From the NCBI GenBank assembly GCA_965285935.1, contig OZ260665.1:55242001-55306000 (forward strand): a stretch of DNA of 64,000 nt, in the 5' to 3' direction. The DNA comes from Ophelia neglecta (lineage: Eukaryota). Of the stretch, positions 39,945 through 54,800 are shown piece by piece; the stretch's first letter is position 1, and the number at the start of each line of letters is the position of its first letter. The position numbers were made by a program, and so were the translations under genes. Under the pieces are notes generated by a model. That model was given only the letters and a program-made list of their open reading frames with translations. It ran no database searches and was not told the DNA's origin.

Positions 39945-42861
39945 CTGGGCGACACGACGAATCTGGAAATGGAGAACCGTTTAATATAAATATTATTTTT
40001 CAAAAAAGACTTCTTTAATTGTCATCATGAAACAAGCAGTAATCATGAAGTCTTTCGCCTGATAACGACTTAAAATATATTGGCGCACAAACGTCTTATT
40101 AACAAGGCATTCCCTAAAACGTCTGATTGTTCATGCTTTCGCGACTTTCTTTCTCAAATTAACACATAAGATCAACAGTCATTGTCTTAATAATCAAGAT
40201 TAGGCCTGTCATGGTTCTATAAAGAATAACTCGTGGTAATTTTGGCCATTCAGTTGAAGTAAAAACCGAGACGAATCTAAATAGCCAATACCACGATCTA
40301 TATATTTTATACACTTTGATATATCGGTAAGTCTGCTAGTCAAACACAATTCACTGAATAAATGAAAGAAAAAGAATACAACATCTTATAGCAATTTGAT
40401 CGAACCGAATGGTAATCACATGTAATTGTTTTTTTCCTATTCATAAGTCAATGGTAGGATTAAACTGCATAAACTTTATTTATTGAGAAAATGCAGAACC
40501 TGTTGGCTATACGTTTAATACATCATCTTCAGGACTTAGGGGTGGAAGAAACCGGGAATCTTTTATTATTGATATTTTTTGCATACATTCTGAAACATGC
40601 ATCGTCTATGCCTATATCATATGGAAGAGTGATAAGTCAGTTATGATTTGGGATTGCGCTTTTTATTATCAAGGCTCATAGAAAACCTTTAGGCACAGGT
40701 TAAAGATTAAGGGATAGCTAAAATCGAAAATCCTGGCTTTGCTATGTTCTGTACTAATGTATGATTGATTCAAGAAGCAACTTAGGGTCAACAGGTTAAT
40801 AACAAGTCAAATTAAGGTTTATCAACATGCTTTAAGTGAACATCACTTAAACATGTTAGAGATTAGTCTTGGTAATTTAAGAACAAACAACCATGATAAT
40901 TAAAACAAATTTTACGATTTACGAAGAGAAACACCAAACTGATTTGTGAAAAGAAGAAAACTTTTAGCTTCGGGAGCGGAAAGCACTGTTGGTTGTGAAA
41001 GGCTAAAATGGAGCTTAGAAGATTCCACAAAGTGAAACGTAGATTGAGCCAGGAACTGAGCAGGAGTCTGGACCGACGCAGGGAGTGGGAATCACAGTTG
41101 CTCCCACTCCAAGCCTGACCCGAAACTGTGCATGCAGGAAAGGACATATGTCATCAAATCCAATTATACCAATTGAATTACATTGGCAGATGGTACAAAA
41201 GTGGTCAAGTAAAAAAACATTGTAGTCAAGGAGACAATCCACAAAATGGGGTTAGCTGTAAAAGTACCTATTGCCAACGTTTTTTGATGGAATAAGTACC
41301 TATGGGTGGCCCATTTAAAAGAAGACCACGGGCTATTGCTTTTATTGACAATTTAAATACATGTAGTTCCATTTTAAGTCCAAGGTAGATATGTTTTGTG
41401 GCATTTTAAATTAATGTATATTTTCGCTTTACCAAAATCTTTGGCTCATTTATATTTTTGATGAAATGGTTCTTAATATTATTCATTTCATCCCAGCGAG
41501 TCGAAAGGGTGTTTTTTGCTAATCATAACAAACTCTAGGCAAAGGGGCCATGTCGCTTGATCGGCTCATTGATGGTAAATAATATAGTTCAGGTGTTCGA
41601 CAAATTTGAACGAAGTCTTTTAATGACATAGATTAAATATGACAAACAAAAATCATTTAAACCAATTATTAAAAGGTCTCCACTTAGAACAGGGAGCCGC
41701 GTTATTCCGCGCACGCTGTTGGTGCCTATACCGACTTTACCTAGTATATCACATCAAACTAATACATGCCCTGTTTGATATTTTATCGTTCAAGAAATGT
41801 CATGCATATTTTACATCTGAAAAGCTGTTACTAGGCATTTTACGTTATCATCGCCCCCTCCTCCACTGCGTTATTGTGTAGCCAAAAAATAATTCAAATA
41901 AATACTGCTTCATTTCGGTCTGGTTTACAGACTACCCTCTATGCTACTTTACTATATCCTGTAAACTACTTAATGCTGAAGCCTACTTCAACCGGGTATA
42001 GTGGGGGATAGTGAATAAAGAAAAGTAGTATGATATTCATAGCATACCTTTCACCATGGGTAGTACTGTGCAAAAATGATCTGTGTATTATCAGCATAGG
42101 ACCTACAACAAATCAATTTATTTATTTAAAGCCCATGAAGCCTATGTGTAGGCTGGCTTCATTTTGTAACCCTCACACACATCCATACACCCGCGTCTCC
42201 ATTCAGGCATAAACGGTAACCGTTTGAGTTCCTCCCCCCCCCCCTCTTAAAGATTCCTAAGCGTGACCTAAATGAGGGCATGGGTTAAGACCTTGATATA
42301 AAGGAGAAATAGATTACCGCCAGGCTACGTGTACTGATTATAATAACCATGAATCGTGCATTCGTGAGAACTATAGCAACTGACGAATGGTCTGCCTCAT
42401 AAGGTGCCTTTCGTCAGATAAATAAAGGTGATAACCTTCTAGGGTCAAAATTAAATACATCTTCATCGCTTCAATATTACATTAGATTGTAGCGAAATTC
42501 TATCAGGAAGGGTCCACATATTGTCGCATATAGGCTAAGGTTTTCTATTTGACGCAGGCCCCAGGTATTTGATCAATGTGATAAAAAATTATTAATTTTT
42601 ATTCCAAAAGTGGAGTTATTTAGCAGTAACAGTATATTGTTTTAGATAAAAGCCATTTATTGCACTTCAAATTAAAATTTGGTAATTGACAATTATATTA
42701 TAAGAACAGGGTCTTAAATGCAGGGGATTCGAAAAAAAATTGAATAGGAATCCATGTTAATAACAGGTGTTCGGTTGACTGTTTGTGAGGTTTCTAGTTG
42801 TCTTCGTTGTATACTCTCACTTTAATTACGGACTCATTGGCTTGTCCTTCAGGATTCTGTG

Positions 42862-45800
42862 ATGGTAACTACCATGCGCGGCCTTACGACGGCTCTGCTA
42901 CTTATGGCCACCGGGGCCACCTTAGTGAGCGCCAACGGTAGGTGCCTGTACTTATGTTAGCGTATTTTATATTGATAATGGGGTACTGTAAACCCATGTC
43001 TATCACATGGACACATTAATTTCAAGAAGTATGTCATAGCTTACGCATGGTGAAATATCAAAGGTATATTGTTTGCAAAATGCGTTAGTGAGCAACTAAA
43101 TAATGATATCAGTCAAACATTACTAGATGATTTCCGGTAAAATGATGAGTCATATAAATGTTTGCGATTGTTCCTAATTCTGATTCATCAATGCCAAGAA
43201 TAATCTAAAAACTCATTGAAAATTGCATTTCGGATTAACGAACCTTCGTTCGGACGCACATTTGCACTATAACGTACTTTCTGACTAACGGACCTTCGAA
43301 ATACGGGGATTCGGGACTATGTTCCCGCAATACCAAATGACGAAATAAGATTCACTTTGGTCCCGAAAGACCAAATGATACTTCAATATCAAGGTTAGTA
43401 GGGTGTGTTCATGTGATTAAAGATACAGTCTGGTTTTGGAGGAAAGAGCATAGCTATCATTGTAACTAACTACAAGGGAGAATTTGAATTTTCATTGCTC
43501 TTGAGTAATACTTTCAATTTACAGTGTATCTCAGAGTATGTTACTACACTAACTGGGCCCAGTACCGACCAGATCCGATGAAGTTTTTTCCCGAAAATGT
43601 GGACGTGCGTTTGTGTAGTCATATCATCTACGCCTTCGCCAATATGGAGGGTAACCGGCTGAAACCATTTGAATGGAACGACGAAAGCACGGACTGGATG
43701 GTCGGAATGTACGTAGTACTCCTTTTAATGAAATTGAAAAGTAAATAAACTGCGTTTTCACCTCATTGCATGCAGAGCCTTGAATGTCTGAAGAGCAGTC
43801 TTGTACTTGATCCGAAAAGCGACAGGCGTAGGGAGCTAGTGCAGCCCAGAAAAGTGCAGTACACCTGCAGAACTGGTGTTATAAGGTCTCTCCTATTGGG
43901 AAGAAACGCAGGGCGAGCTACGCAGTTCTGGACTCGCTGAAGCCTGACAATAATTATTTTTGTAATACCAATAAGAAGAGAATTTCAGTTGTCCATTCGA
44001 GACATGACCAGAACATAGACAAGTCCTTTGTTGGTGTCGTTCGTTGTTTAAAGATTTTCGGATAGGCGACATATGCGAAGTTGGAATATGGTTGACTTAC
44101 ATGTAAATACACTCGACACTTGAGCATCCATGGTGAGAGATGCATGAACAAATTAATTCAGTCAACTGTTTCTGACCACCTCAGATTCATGTCAATTCTC
44201 ATTAAGATATATCTAAACATCTAAAGGTATGAGCGTTTCAACAATCTGAAGAGGCTCAATCCGGCCTTGAAGACACTTCTTGCTGTTGGCGGTTGGACCT
44301 TTGATATTAAGATTATGACTGCTATGTTGTCGACGCCAGATAATCGCAGAGAATTCATTGACACCAGCATCACATTCCTACGGGACAGAAACTTCGATGG
44401 TTTTGATTTGGACTTCGAATGGCCAGGGAGCAGAGGGAGTATTCCAGAGGATAAACAACGCTTCACCTTTCTCGTTCAGGTAGGCCTATATTGTAGCCAC
44501 TCTCTTTTCTCACTGTCATTGTCAGCGAAATAGCCACTGAAAATAAGAGGGCATGCTGATTTTGTCCCGGGAAGTGACAATTAAACATAGATTTGGAACT
44601 GCGTTCTACAAGCCTCAAGGAATAGTCATCAATAGCTGAGAAAATCCGAGTTTCCTAATGATAGGCCTATCACTACTTGAAAATAGAAAACGGAACCTTC
44701 AGTAAGAGGAACCATGCAGTGTCGACGGCGAGATATGCTTTTCCAATTTAATAATACAGTAAATTAAGTATTTTATTTCTATCTTTTGCAATTGGTTTGT
44801 CTTTAAGGTTTATCTGGGGATAAATTAAACTTTAAACAAATAGGCCTACATGAATTCGGATGAACTACTATAACTGAGTTAGCTGTGGTGTTGAGGCCCG
44901 CTGCAGTTTTCTGACCTACCACGGCTGCGGAAATGAAAGCATTGACTAATTAGGTCACCAATGCCCACTGACAGAATAACGGTTTATGCATACGCCCCAA
45001 TGAAACTATTTTATTTAGGACGCCAGATTTAGGCCGATGCTGTGTCGTATGGCCGCCCAGGAAGGTGGTAGTAAACAGAAAATCTATGCCATTAAACATT
45101 AGTAAACGTACAAGAGAAACATCAAACAGGGGTGTTTAGATCAGAGCATATTTTAATTTGCTTTACAGGAAATGAGGGCGGCTTTCGAAGAGGAAAGCCG
45201 GCGAACAGGTCGACCACGGCTATTATTAGCTGCCTCAGTGGCCGCTGGGAAAGACAAAGTAGATGTCGGCTACGAAGTGGAACTGATTGCTCCGTGAGTG
45301 TGCTATGTTTATGAGGTACATCTTCTTGCGCCGCTCGGCTCTGTAAGGTTAATGTAGACTCCACTTCTCTTTCCGTGAGTTTATAAAAGTATCATTTATC
45401 GGTCCACCTGTGTACACGCTTTTTAAACAGTACCGCAACCGCAGAAAGGGAGATCACTTATTTATTGTCTGGTGGCTTTCCGAGCACTGCTCAGAAAAAA
45501 CAGTAGCGGAAGATGATCAATCCATATCATTTAGATACAACACAAGATAATACATTGGCTATTGAATTGATTAAGGTATTCAAATTGGTTCGGAAAAAAG
45601 ACAATAGGATAAAACTTTAAAACATAAAATGCAAGAGGAAAAAATACTAAACCTTGTATACTTTTTGCAGACATTTTGACTTCATCAGTCTTATGACGTA
45701 CGACTTTTTCGGGGCCTGGGATCCTGTTACCGGCATGAATGCTCCGCTCTACGGGCGGGAGGACCTCGAAGGCAACGCTCAATACTACAATGTTGTACGT

Positions 45801-48800
45801 TATAGGTTTAAATAGATAGACCAGAACAACTTATTTTAAGTCTTTGGATTTATAATGCTTATGATCATTCTTAGTTTGAAATTCGTACATCAATTAGCTA
45901 GAAAAACTAAATTTTTAAAAAGAAGTTTGTTGTGCAAGCATTAGCCTGCTATTCTATTATTTTTGTCAGCGTGCTAAAGTTTCCAAATCTTAGGTAAAAG
46001 TGGAAATGTTAGATATTTGTTAGGGCAAGAACAGTATAAAACTGTTATGGTTTTGGTACATAGGAATTTGCATCCAATTATTGGCACCAGCTAGGGTGCC
46101 CCAAGGAGAAGCTTGTGGTAGGCATGGCGACACATAGCCGTGGTTTCACCCTGACCAACTCAACTGAAAATGGAATTGGAGCTGCGGCCCGTGGGCCTAG
46201 TTCGGCAGGGCAGTACACCGGTGAGCCCGGATCGTTCGCCTACTATGAGGTTAGTTGGAAAAAAAGATACTTGCCAAACGTGGCTTTAGAAAAATGTTTA
46301 GAAATAATCGTTTAGAAATAAACATAATATCCAAATTTAATACAACTAGCAATGACATGCACTTTGTGAGACTACTAACTACAACTTTAATGCCGATCTA
46401 TAGATCTGTGGTTATTTGTTGGGCGGCACGCCAGAAGCTACCAAAGTGTTTCACCCTGAGCACCAGAATCCCTACGCATATCTCGGAGACCAGTGGGTGG
46501 GGTATGACGATACGCAAAGCCTACAGCTGAAAGTAAGTAGTACTTTTAAGATGATATGAGTTTTATAAATAGTGGTCATATGTCGTATATTGGTTTTAGT
46601 ATTTCTATTTGCATAATTAATCGTGGGTTGCTGCGTTAAATAGGACAGCGAGCATTTGAGTATACTTGAAATTTACTCAGTAACTGTCCTTTTTGTTTAC
46701 TCTTAACATCTAACCCCAAATCTATCGCGTTATTTAAACGCGCATCTCATTTAACCAATAACCTGATATATTATTTATTTAACACGATATATTATTTATG
46801 TAACGCGATAGCCATTTTATATAACCGGATAGATTAGGGTTAAGGTAAGGTCATTCCTGTAAGACATGTAACCTCGAAGCTATGGTAGAATGATAGCTGT
46901 CAATGGTCTGCAACGGTCAAGTTATGCTAACCGGAAATCAGGTATGGCACCGACAGTCCATAACGGACAGAGCTATAGAGGTGTCATATCTGGGCTCTTG
47001 ATGGCATAGAGGGCACCATTTAATCATAGCAGGACATTACCTGCATTATCTGCTATCTTCTACTAGGCTATTGAAATTGTGTACTCATTTTATAATTCGT
47101 CCATTAACTAACATTATTAACCAGTCATTGAACACTGGTATTTTCCCTGATAGGCTTAAAATAGGTAAAGTAATACCTATTTACAAAAAGGACGATGAGT
47201 GTATTCTTGATAATTACCGACAAGTTTCTATTCTCCCGGCAATCTCCAAGGTTTTCGAAAGAGTCATATTTAACCAACTCTATGATTATTTTCAAACTTG
47301 TGAACTTTTCTATGGTAGTCAGTATGGTTTTTGCCAGGGACACTCAACTGAATTTGCAGCACTGGAACTAATAGATAGAGTCATTTAAGAAATGGATAGA
47401 GGGGAAATTCCAATAAATATCTTCATGGATCTGTCCAAAGCATTCGAAACTATAGACCATGAAACTCTTCTTTACAAACTTCAATACTACGGAGTCAATG
47501 ATTTGGCTTTTACCCTCCTTAAAAATTATCTCTGCAATAGAAGGCAGTATGTACAGATCACACATTAATTCTACCACATCTTAACTACTGTGTTCTTGCC
47601 TGGGGTCTTTGTGCATCAAGGATTGGACATATCCAAAAGAAGGCTGTTCGTATAATTGTCAAAAGTAAATATAACGCGCATTCGGGGCCCATATTCAAAC
47701 AATTGGGACTGCTGAAAGTGAAGGATCTGTATAACTTGAAACTTTTAAAATTTTACTTTAAATTCGCCAAAGGTCACCTCCCTTTATATTTCAAGGATCT
47801 ACCTATTAAATTGAATTATGATGTGCACGGATATAATACTCGTAACCGAGACAGATTTTATGTCACTTGCTGTACAATATAGTACAGACCCTAAATGAAA
47901 CTCCTCCCATTATACTTGACAAGGTTTACACGCATAGTATGAATGACTATTCAAGGTATGTAAAGAAATACATACTGGGAAACTATGAGGTTCAGTGTCT
48001 TTTGCAAAACTGCTATGTATGCGGAAATAATTGAGTCCTTGTCGGAAATTTGGTGAGGTGGTCTGTGGTTTGGGCCTCTCAGGTCATTCCCAGACTTGTG
48101 CTGGGGGTGATCGGGGAGACTTGGCCTACGGATCACTGATGTGACTATACTCTACTAATCAATTCTATAACGGTTGGTTAATGTTACTATATTGTATTGA
48201 TCACTCCTGCATCCGTGCGTCTTTCAATTATCTGCATTATTTATATGTTGTGTTATTTATTTATTATTATATTGCATTGTGCCCCCGGCTTGAACTTTCT
48301 CTGGTGTATTCTTCCTCTGACTTATATAATGTCTATTGAAATTGGAGGGCAGTCCACCTCTCTTTAGGTGGGTTTTCATAGCCTTCATGCGTTTTGTTGC
48401 TTCACCTCGATGCGGTTGAGGTAGACTAGCATGACCCCTTTTTGTATTTTGGTCGTGCTGTTACTACTTCAACTGTCACAAATATCATCACCATCAATCA
48501 CAATAACATGCATTTTAAATATTCATTGCTGGTAATTCCAAACAGTGGACTTCCCCGCGAAACTTAACCCTCATCACCAATTTCCACTCTAGTCTACTCA
48601 AACTGGACTATAATGTCTGACCCGTCACATCACGTTGTATTATTTTGTATTACTATATGTATTTAATGTGTGTCAATCTGTATATGTCCAGCTAGTTGTA
48701 ATTAGGCTATTATTAACACTTGTTAGCGTCTAATATTGTAAGTAGTATTCTCAATTTTTTTTTTGGGTTGTAGTTACTTGACATCAGTTTGTTATATTTA

Positions 48801-51800
48801 CCATTATAATTTCCATTCAACTAAAATGTATGTTTGGTGAAAAGTTAAATAAATATCTTTGATTTGGCGAAGCGGAGGAGGTCTGAAATAGTTGAGATAA
48901 TCTTATGTCTACTTGTGCGGTATATCTCTAAAACTTTTATTTAATAGACTGTTGTGATGTGTGCATGCGAATTCATATTCCATGACTTACTATCAAACAA
49001 ATATGTTGTACTTTTTTTATTTGCTGTACTAATATATTTTTTTCAGTGTTATATTATGGTGGCTCTCACGCTAGCGATTACCTAAATCTTAATGGGGGTC
49101 TCCATGGCCATAATTATAATCTACCATCAATCATTGTACATGTTCATTTTGCTATGGTCGAATCTGCATTACTGTCAGAACCCTCAACACCTAACCCCAA
49201 ATCTATGTTATGTTACACACATAATATATCTTGAACAGTATATGCTTATGTATAAAGGTTTTGGTACACAAGTTACATTTATAACACCATGCGTTAATAC
49301 AAAGCCGGTAATGTTGTGTAAAAAAAAACTCCGGCATGTGGCATGTTGTATTTGCACAAAATATAATTTAAATCTAACGTAATGAGTTAAAAAAGAACCA
49401 CGAAGGTTATCACAATGGATTATATTTGAACTGAATACGCTTATTTGTACCTATTTGGTATAAATGTAAACCAGATGGGTTTTTCTATTACGGCTTATAC
49501 GATATGTTTAAGAAAAACATATCCCAGCGAAGGTAAACATATTCTGTTATGCCGATAGCGGACCGACATATTTAAGGATAACATATCCCAGTGCATTTAA
49601 ATATATCACGTTATGCCGATAGCCGGCCAGACAAAATGATACATAGTTAACCTATTCGGTATAAATGAAAATTAGAAGGGTTTTTATTACGATTTCGACG
49701 CCATGTTTAAGAATAACAAATCCTAGTGCACATTAACAAATCACGTGAAGCAGAAAGCGGGTCAGCCATCATGTAATAAAGTAAACCTATTCGGTATAAA
49801 TGTAAACCAGATGGGCTTTGTGACTACGATTTAGACGATATGTTTAAGAATATTATGCTCATTAACAGGCTAGTTAATGAAGGGTCATTACGTGTACCTT
49901 TGATTGAACTCCGTGTCACCTGCCGGCCTATACGGTCGTTTCGGCAATCATTCACTGCTCGACGTCACCGCTGGCCGGGCCTTCTCTCATGGCCGTTTCA
50001 AAGAGTGGCCTGAGTGATTCACATCGAGCCCGCGGATTGGTTAGCCGGATTCGGGCCAGTCACGCTTGGTCGCCGCGCCTGGGACCGAGTGTTATCGATT
50101 TTTTCCCTGACCAAATCTCAGTTCAGTGTCTGGCCAGAGACTGTGTCGGAACAGATCGAAAAATCCGCTCTGCTACCACGAATAGGTCGTGAAAAAAAAA
50201 GCCTAAACCTGGGAAGAAACGCCGAGAGTCAGGCCCGAAGCTTGTGCTATGCAGCAGCCGTGGTACCCGGCACGAAAAGCCAACTGGACTCGAGTGCAGA
50301 TTCGCCGTGGAACCCGAGGCGCCGTCGCCTGCTTCGGAGAGAAGTTCGACGCCAGTGGATGGGCCTTCTCGTTATGCCGATAAACGGTCAGCTAACATCT
50401 TCTAATCGGTTAAAATATACACCAGATATGCTTTGTTAAAACGTATTAAGAGCTATGTTTTAGGAATAAGATATCCCAATGTATATTAACGTTATGCTGA
50501 TAATCGGCCAACATATTCTAAAGTAAACCGAATCGTTATAAATTAAAAAGGCAAAATAAGTTAAGGTTGGCTAAACAAATCCTAATTAGGTCGCTGCTGG
50601 CTAAAAATACTCATTAGGACACGACCGGCTAAAAACGCTATTGTCGGGTATGTATTGTCGGTTTAGCATTGGTTGGATAGGCTATATACGCCCAAGTATA
50701 GGCCTATGCCATGTGCACTGATTATACGCAATGAATAATGTATATATAAGGTACACGTATATTGTGTATAATAAAAGCACAGGGCCTAGAGGCTCTATAT
50801 ACGCCCAAGTGCACTAAAATATACGCAATGTATAATGTCAATATAATGTATAATATATACATGTCTATGTACATGTATATTGCGTATGCACATGGCCTAC
50901 ACTTGGTGAATATATCATACTTTGATAGTGTCTATGGTAACCTGGTAACACTAATTTAACACATGAATCTACTCGGCTCGTCAATTGTTGGGTTATTGGA
51001 CTGACAATGATAAGGTTGAATTGTCTGTGTATGTGAGAGAATATGAAACACAGAGTTAAACCAGTTATTTATAACGCTCAGCATGAAGTTTTTATTAACA
51101 AGGCTTTTCTCGAAAACTATTTATCGGCTTTTAATACTGTATAAACTGACGTTTTCAGATTCAGATTCAGATACATTATTTTGACCAAAATAGAGCAAGA
51201 ACAACTGCAATATAAACTATAATTATGCAAACTACCAAACAACCAAAACATGAATTTTTACAACAATATAATTATAATCAGTCTAAACTGGTCACAGAAT
51301 CAAGAAGTGCACCCAGTACGTTGGCCTATTTCTCGCTCTGCTCGTCCTCCTCCTCCTCTTCCTCCTCGCTCTCCTGTGGGAAGTGCGCGGGCCCTGCTAC
51401 CATAGTGTAAGGAAGGCGAAGATGGTGGTCGGGCGATGTTGGGTCAATAAGTGTCAGATTGTGGTCTGGTGACACATCTTTGCAAATAGTCAACATGGCC
51501 CTACTCACGGAATCTTGGCTCGTACACTGAAAACCAAGAGAGTAAAGATTAAAAAAGTAGGCCTCATAGTGGGTCAGTCAATAAATACACTAACTTTAAG
51601 AGGAAATTTTGCATCAAAATATAGGATTTTTGAAAGATTTTTTTGTTGTTTGCAAAAAGTAATGGAAAAATAAGGAAGCATTTGGCTAAAATAATGGTCA
51701 GACATTCACAATGCCAGAACTAGTGTGGTGAAATTGAGCACTAGTTACAAAGAAGTCATAAGTTCACATTTTAATTTAATTTAAGTTGCAAAAGGAATTT

Positions 51801-54800
51801 GATTGAAAAAAGTGAAAAAAAACTTACCGTTTTCTTCAGTAGATTGGCGTTCATTTTAGCCGGGTTATGGGATAGGGACAAATGTTCCCAAAACTTCTGC
51901 CCTGATGTGATGGTTTTGGCACAGCATTGCAGCTGTCTAGGTTTTCCATCCAAATTCCTTGGATAATTGGATCTACAACAAAGAACCGACGTCTTATGAA
52001 CCATAGGCTTACATTACAGAAAACATCAATGCTGTAAATATGCCATACTGATTTAGGTGCTTACAGGCAGATTAGGTTGATCCATCTAAATTGTTTTTTT
52101 TTTCTCCTCATTCTCCTCCTCCTCTTCCTCCTCATTCTCCTTGTGCTCCTCGTTGTGGTTCTCCTAGTTCTCGCTCTCCTCGTTCTCCTCCTCCTCTTCC
52201 TCCTCGCTCTCCTGTGGAAAGTAAGCTGGTCCTGCTACCATAGTGTAAGGAAGGCGAAGATGGTGGTCGGGCGACATTATTTTGACCAAAATAGAGCAAG
52301 AACAACTGTAATATAAACTATAATTAAGCAAACTACCAAACAACCAAAACATGAATTTTTACAACAATATAATTATAATCAGTCTAAACTGGTCACAGAA
52401 TCAAGAAGTGCACCCAGTACGTTGGCCTATTTCTCGCTCTGCTCGTCCTCCTCCTCCTCTTCCTCCTCGCTCTCCTGTGGGAAGTGCGCGGGCCCTGCTA
52501 CCATAGTGTAAGGAAGGCGAAGATGGTGGTCGGGCGATGTTGGGTCAATAAGTGTCAGATTGTGGTCTGGTGACACATCTTTGCAAATAGTCAACATGGC
52601 CCTACTCACGGAATCTTGGCTCGTACACTGAAAACCAAGAGAGTAAAGATTAAAAAAGTAGGCCTCATAGTGGGTCAGTCAATAAATACACTAACTTTAA
52701 GAGGAAATTTTGCATCAAAATATAGGATTTTTGAAAGATTTTTTTGTTGTTTGCAAAAAGTAATGGAAAAATAAGGAAGCATTTGGCTAAAATAATGGTC
52801 AGACATTCACAATGCCAGAACAAGTGTGGTGAAATTGAGCACTAGTTACAAAGAAGTCATAAGTTCACATTTTAATTTAATTTAAGTTGCAAAAGGAATT
52901 TGATTAAAAAAAGTGAAAAAAAACTTACCGTTTTCTTCAGTAGATTGGCGTTCATTTTAGCCGGGTTATGGGATAGGGACAAATGTTCCCAAAACTTCTG
53001 CCCTGATGTGATGGTTTTGGCACAGCATTGCAGCTGTCTAGGTTTTCCATCCAAATTCCTTGGATAATTGGATCTACAACAAAGAACCGACGTCTTATGA
53101 ACCATAGGCTTACATTACAGAAAACATCAATGCTGTAAATATGCCATACTGATTTAGGTGCTTACAGGCAGATTAGGTTGATCCATCTAAATTGTTTTTT
53201 TTTTCTCCTCATTCTCCTCCTCCTCTTCCTCCTCATTCTCCTTGTGCTCCTCGTTGTGGTTCTCCTAGTTCTCGCTCTCCTCGTTCTCCTCCTCCTCTTC
53301 CTCCTCGCTCTCCTGTGGAAAGTGAGCTGGTCCTGCTACCATAGTGTAAGGAAGGCGAAGATGGTGGTCGGGCGACATTATTTTGACCAAAATAGAGCAA
53401 GAACAACTGTAATATAAACTATAATTAAGCAAACTACCAAACAACCAAAACATGAATTTTTACAACAATATAATTATAATCAGTCTAAACTGGTCACAGA
53501 ATCAAGAAGTGCACCCAGTACGTTGGCCTATTTCTCGCTCTGCTCGTCCTCCTCCTCCTCTTCCTCCTCGCTCTCCTGTGGGAAGTGCGCGGGCCCTGCT
53601 ACCATAGTGTAAGGAAGGCGAAGATGGTGGTCGGGCGATGTTGGGTCAATAAGTGCCAAATTGTGGTCTGGTGACACATCTTTGCAAATAGTCAACATGG
53701 CCCTACTCACGGAATCTTGGCTCGTACACTGAAAACCAAGAGAGTAAAGATTAAAAAAGTAGGCCTCATAGTGGGTCAGTCAATAAATACACTAACTTTA
53801 AGAGGAAATTTTGCATCAAAATATAGGATTTTTGAAAGATTTTTTTGTTGTTTGCAAAAAGTAATGGAAAAATAAGGAAGCATTTGGCTAAAATAATGGT
53901 CAGACATTCACAATGCCAGAACAAGTGTGGTGAAATTGAGCACTAGTTACAAAGAAGTCATAAGTTCACATTTTAATTTAATTTAAGTTGCAAAAGGAAT
54001 TTGATTAAAAAAAGTGAAAAAAAACTTACCGTTTTCTTCAGTAGATTGGCGTTCATTTTAGCCGGGTTATGGGATAGGGACAAATGTTCCCAAAACTTCT
54101 GCCCTGATGTGATGGTTTTGGCACAGCATTGCAGCTGTCTAGGTTTTCCATCCAAATTCCTTGGATAATTGGATCTACAACAAAGAACCGACGTCTTATG
54201 AACCATAGGCTTACATTACAGAAAACATCAATGCTGTAAATATGCCATCCTGATTTAGGTACTTACAGGCAGATGAGGTTGATCCCTCTAAATTTTGTAT
54301 TCTTTTTTCGCCCTTTTTTGGCTTCGAGGGCACAAGCCTCTTTTACCAAAGGAAAACATGAAAAATATAGAGTAAAAGAGATTTGATGGCTAATTATATT
54401 TCTTATTTATATCTTCTATTTCTTTTCTATTAAAAACATTGTTGGTGCAGGTCATTGAATAAAGTGTACTGCATAACTTTACTTGTCAATCAATAATGTT
54501 TATGAAAAAAACCCATTTTGAGTAAGCACAACAATGAAATGAAAAGATATACATACTTTTTCGAGATGTACGATCTCCTGATGGAAGGAGTCGTCGTCTT
54601 CGTTGGGCATCTTTTCCGGTACAATGTGCTGGCTAAACAAGGAAGATCCCACCATTGTCCGGATACACAACACAAACTCCTAAAACACATCGACCAAAAC
54701 ATTCTAAAGGACCGACATCACATTCATGACTCAAGAATGAGTTTATAACGTTGCCTACATAGCGTTGGTATATTTATAAACATGAGTAAACATACAGCGT

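Noticed and set aside
40863-41260. Coding-looking purine-rich stretch between the chitinases
   Set aside because: Stops interrupt the plus-strand frames examined, and there is no consistent splice pattern or recognisable motif. Probably a TE remnant.
52077-53417. Leu-rich hydrophobic ORFs (52077-52316, 53178-53417, also 57900-58118) resembling membrane peptides
   Set aside because: They are the antisense reading of GAG-rich poly-Glu sequence and start at non-ATG codons.
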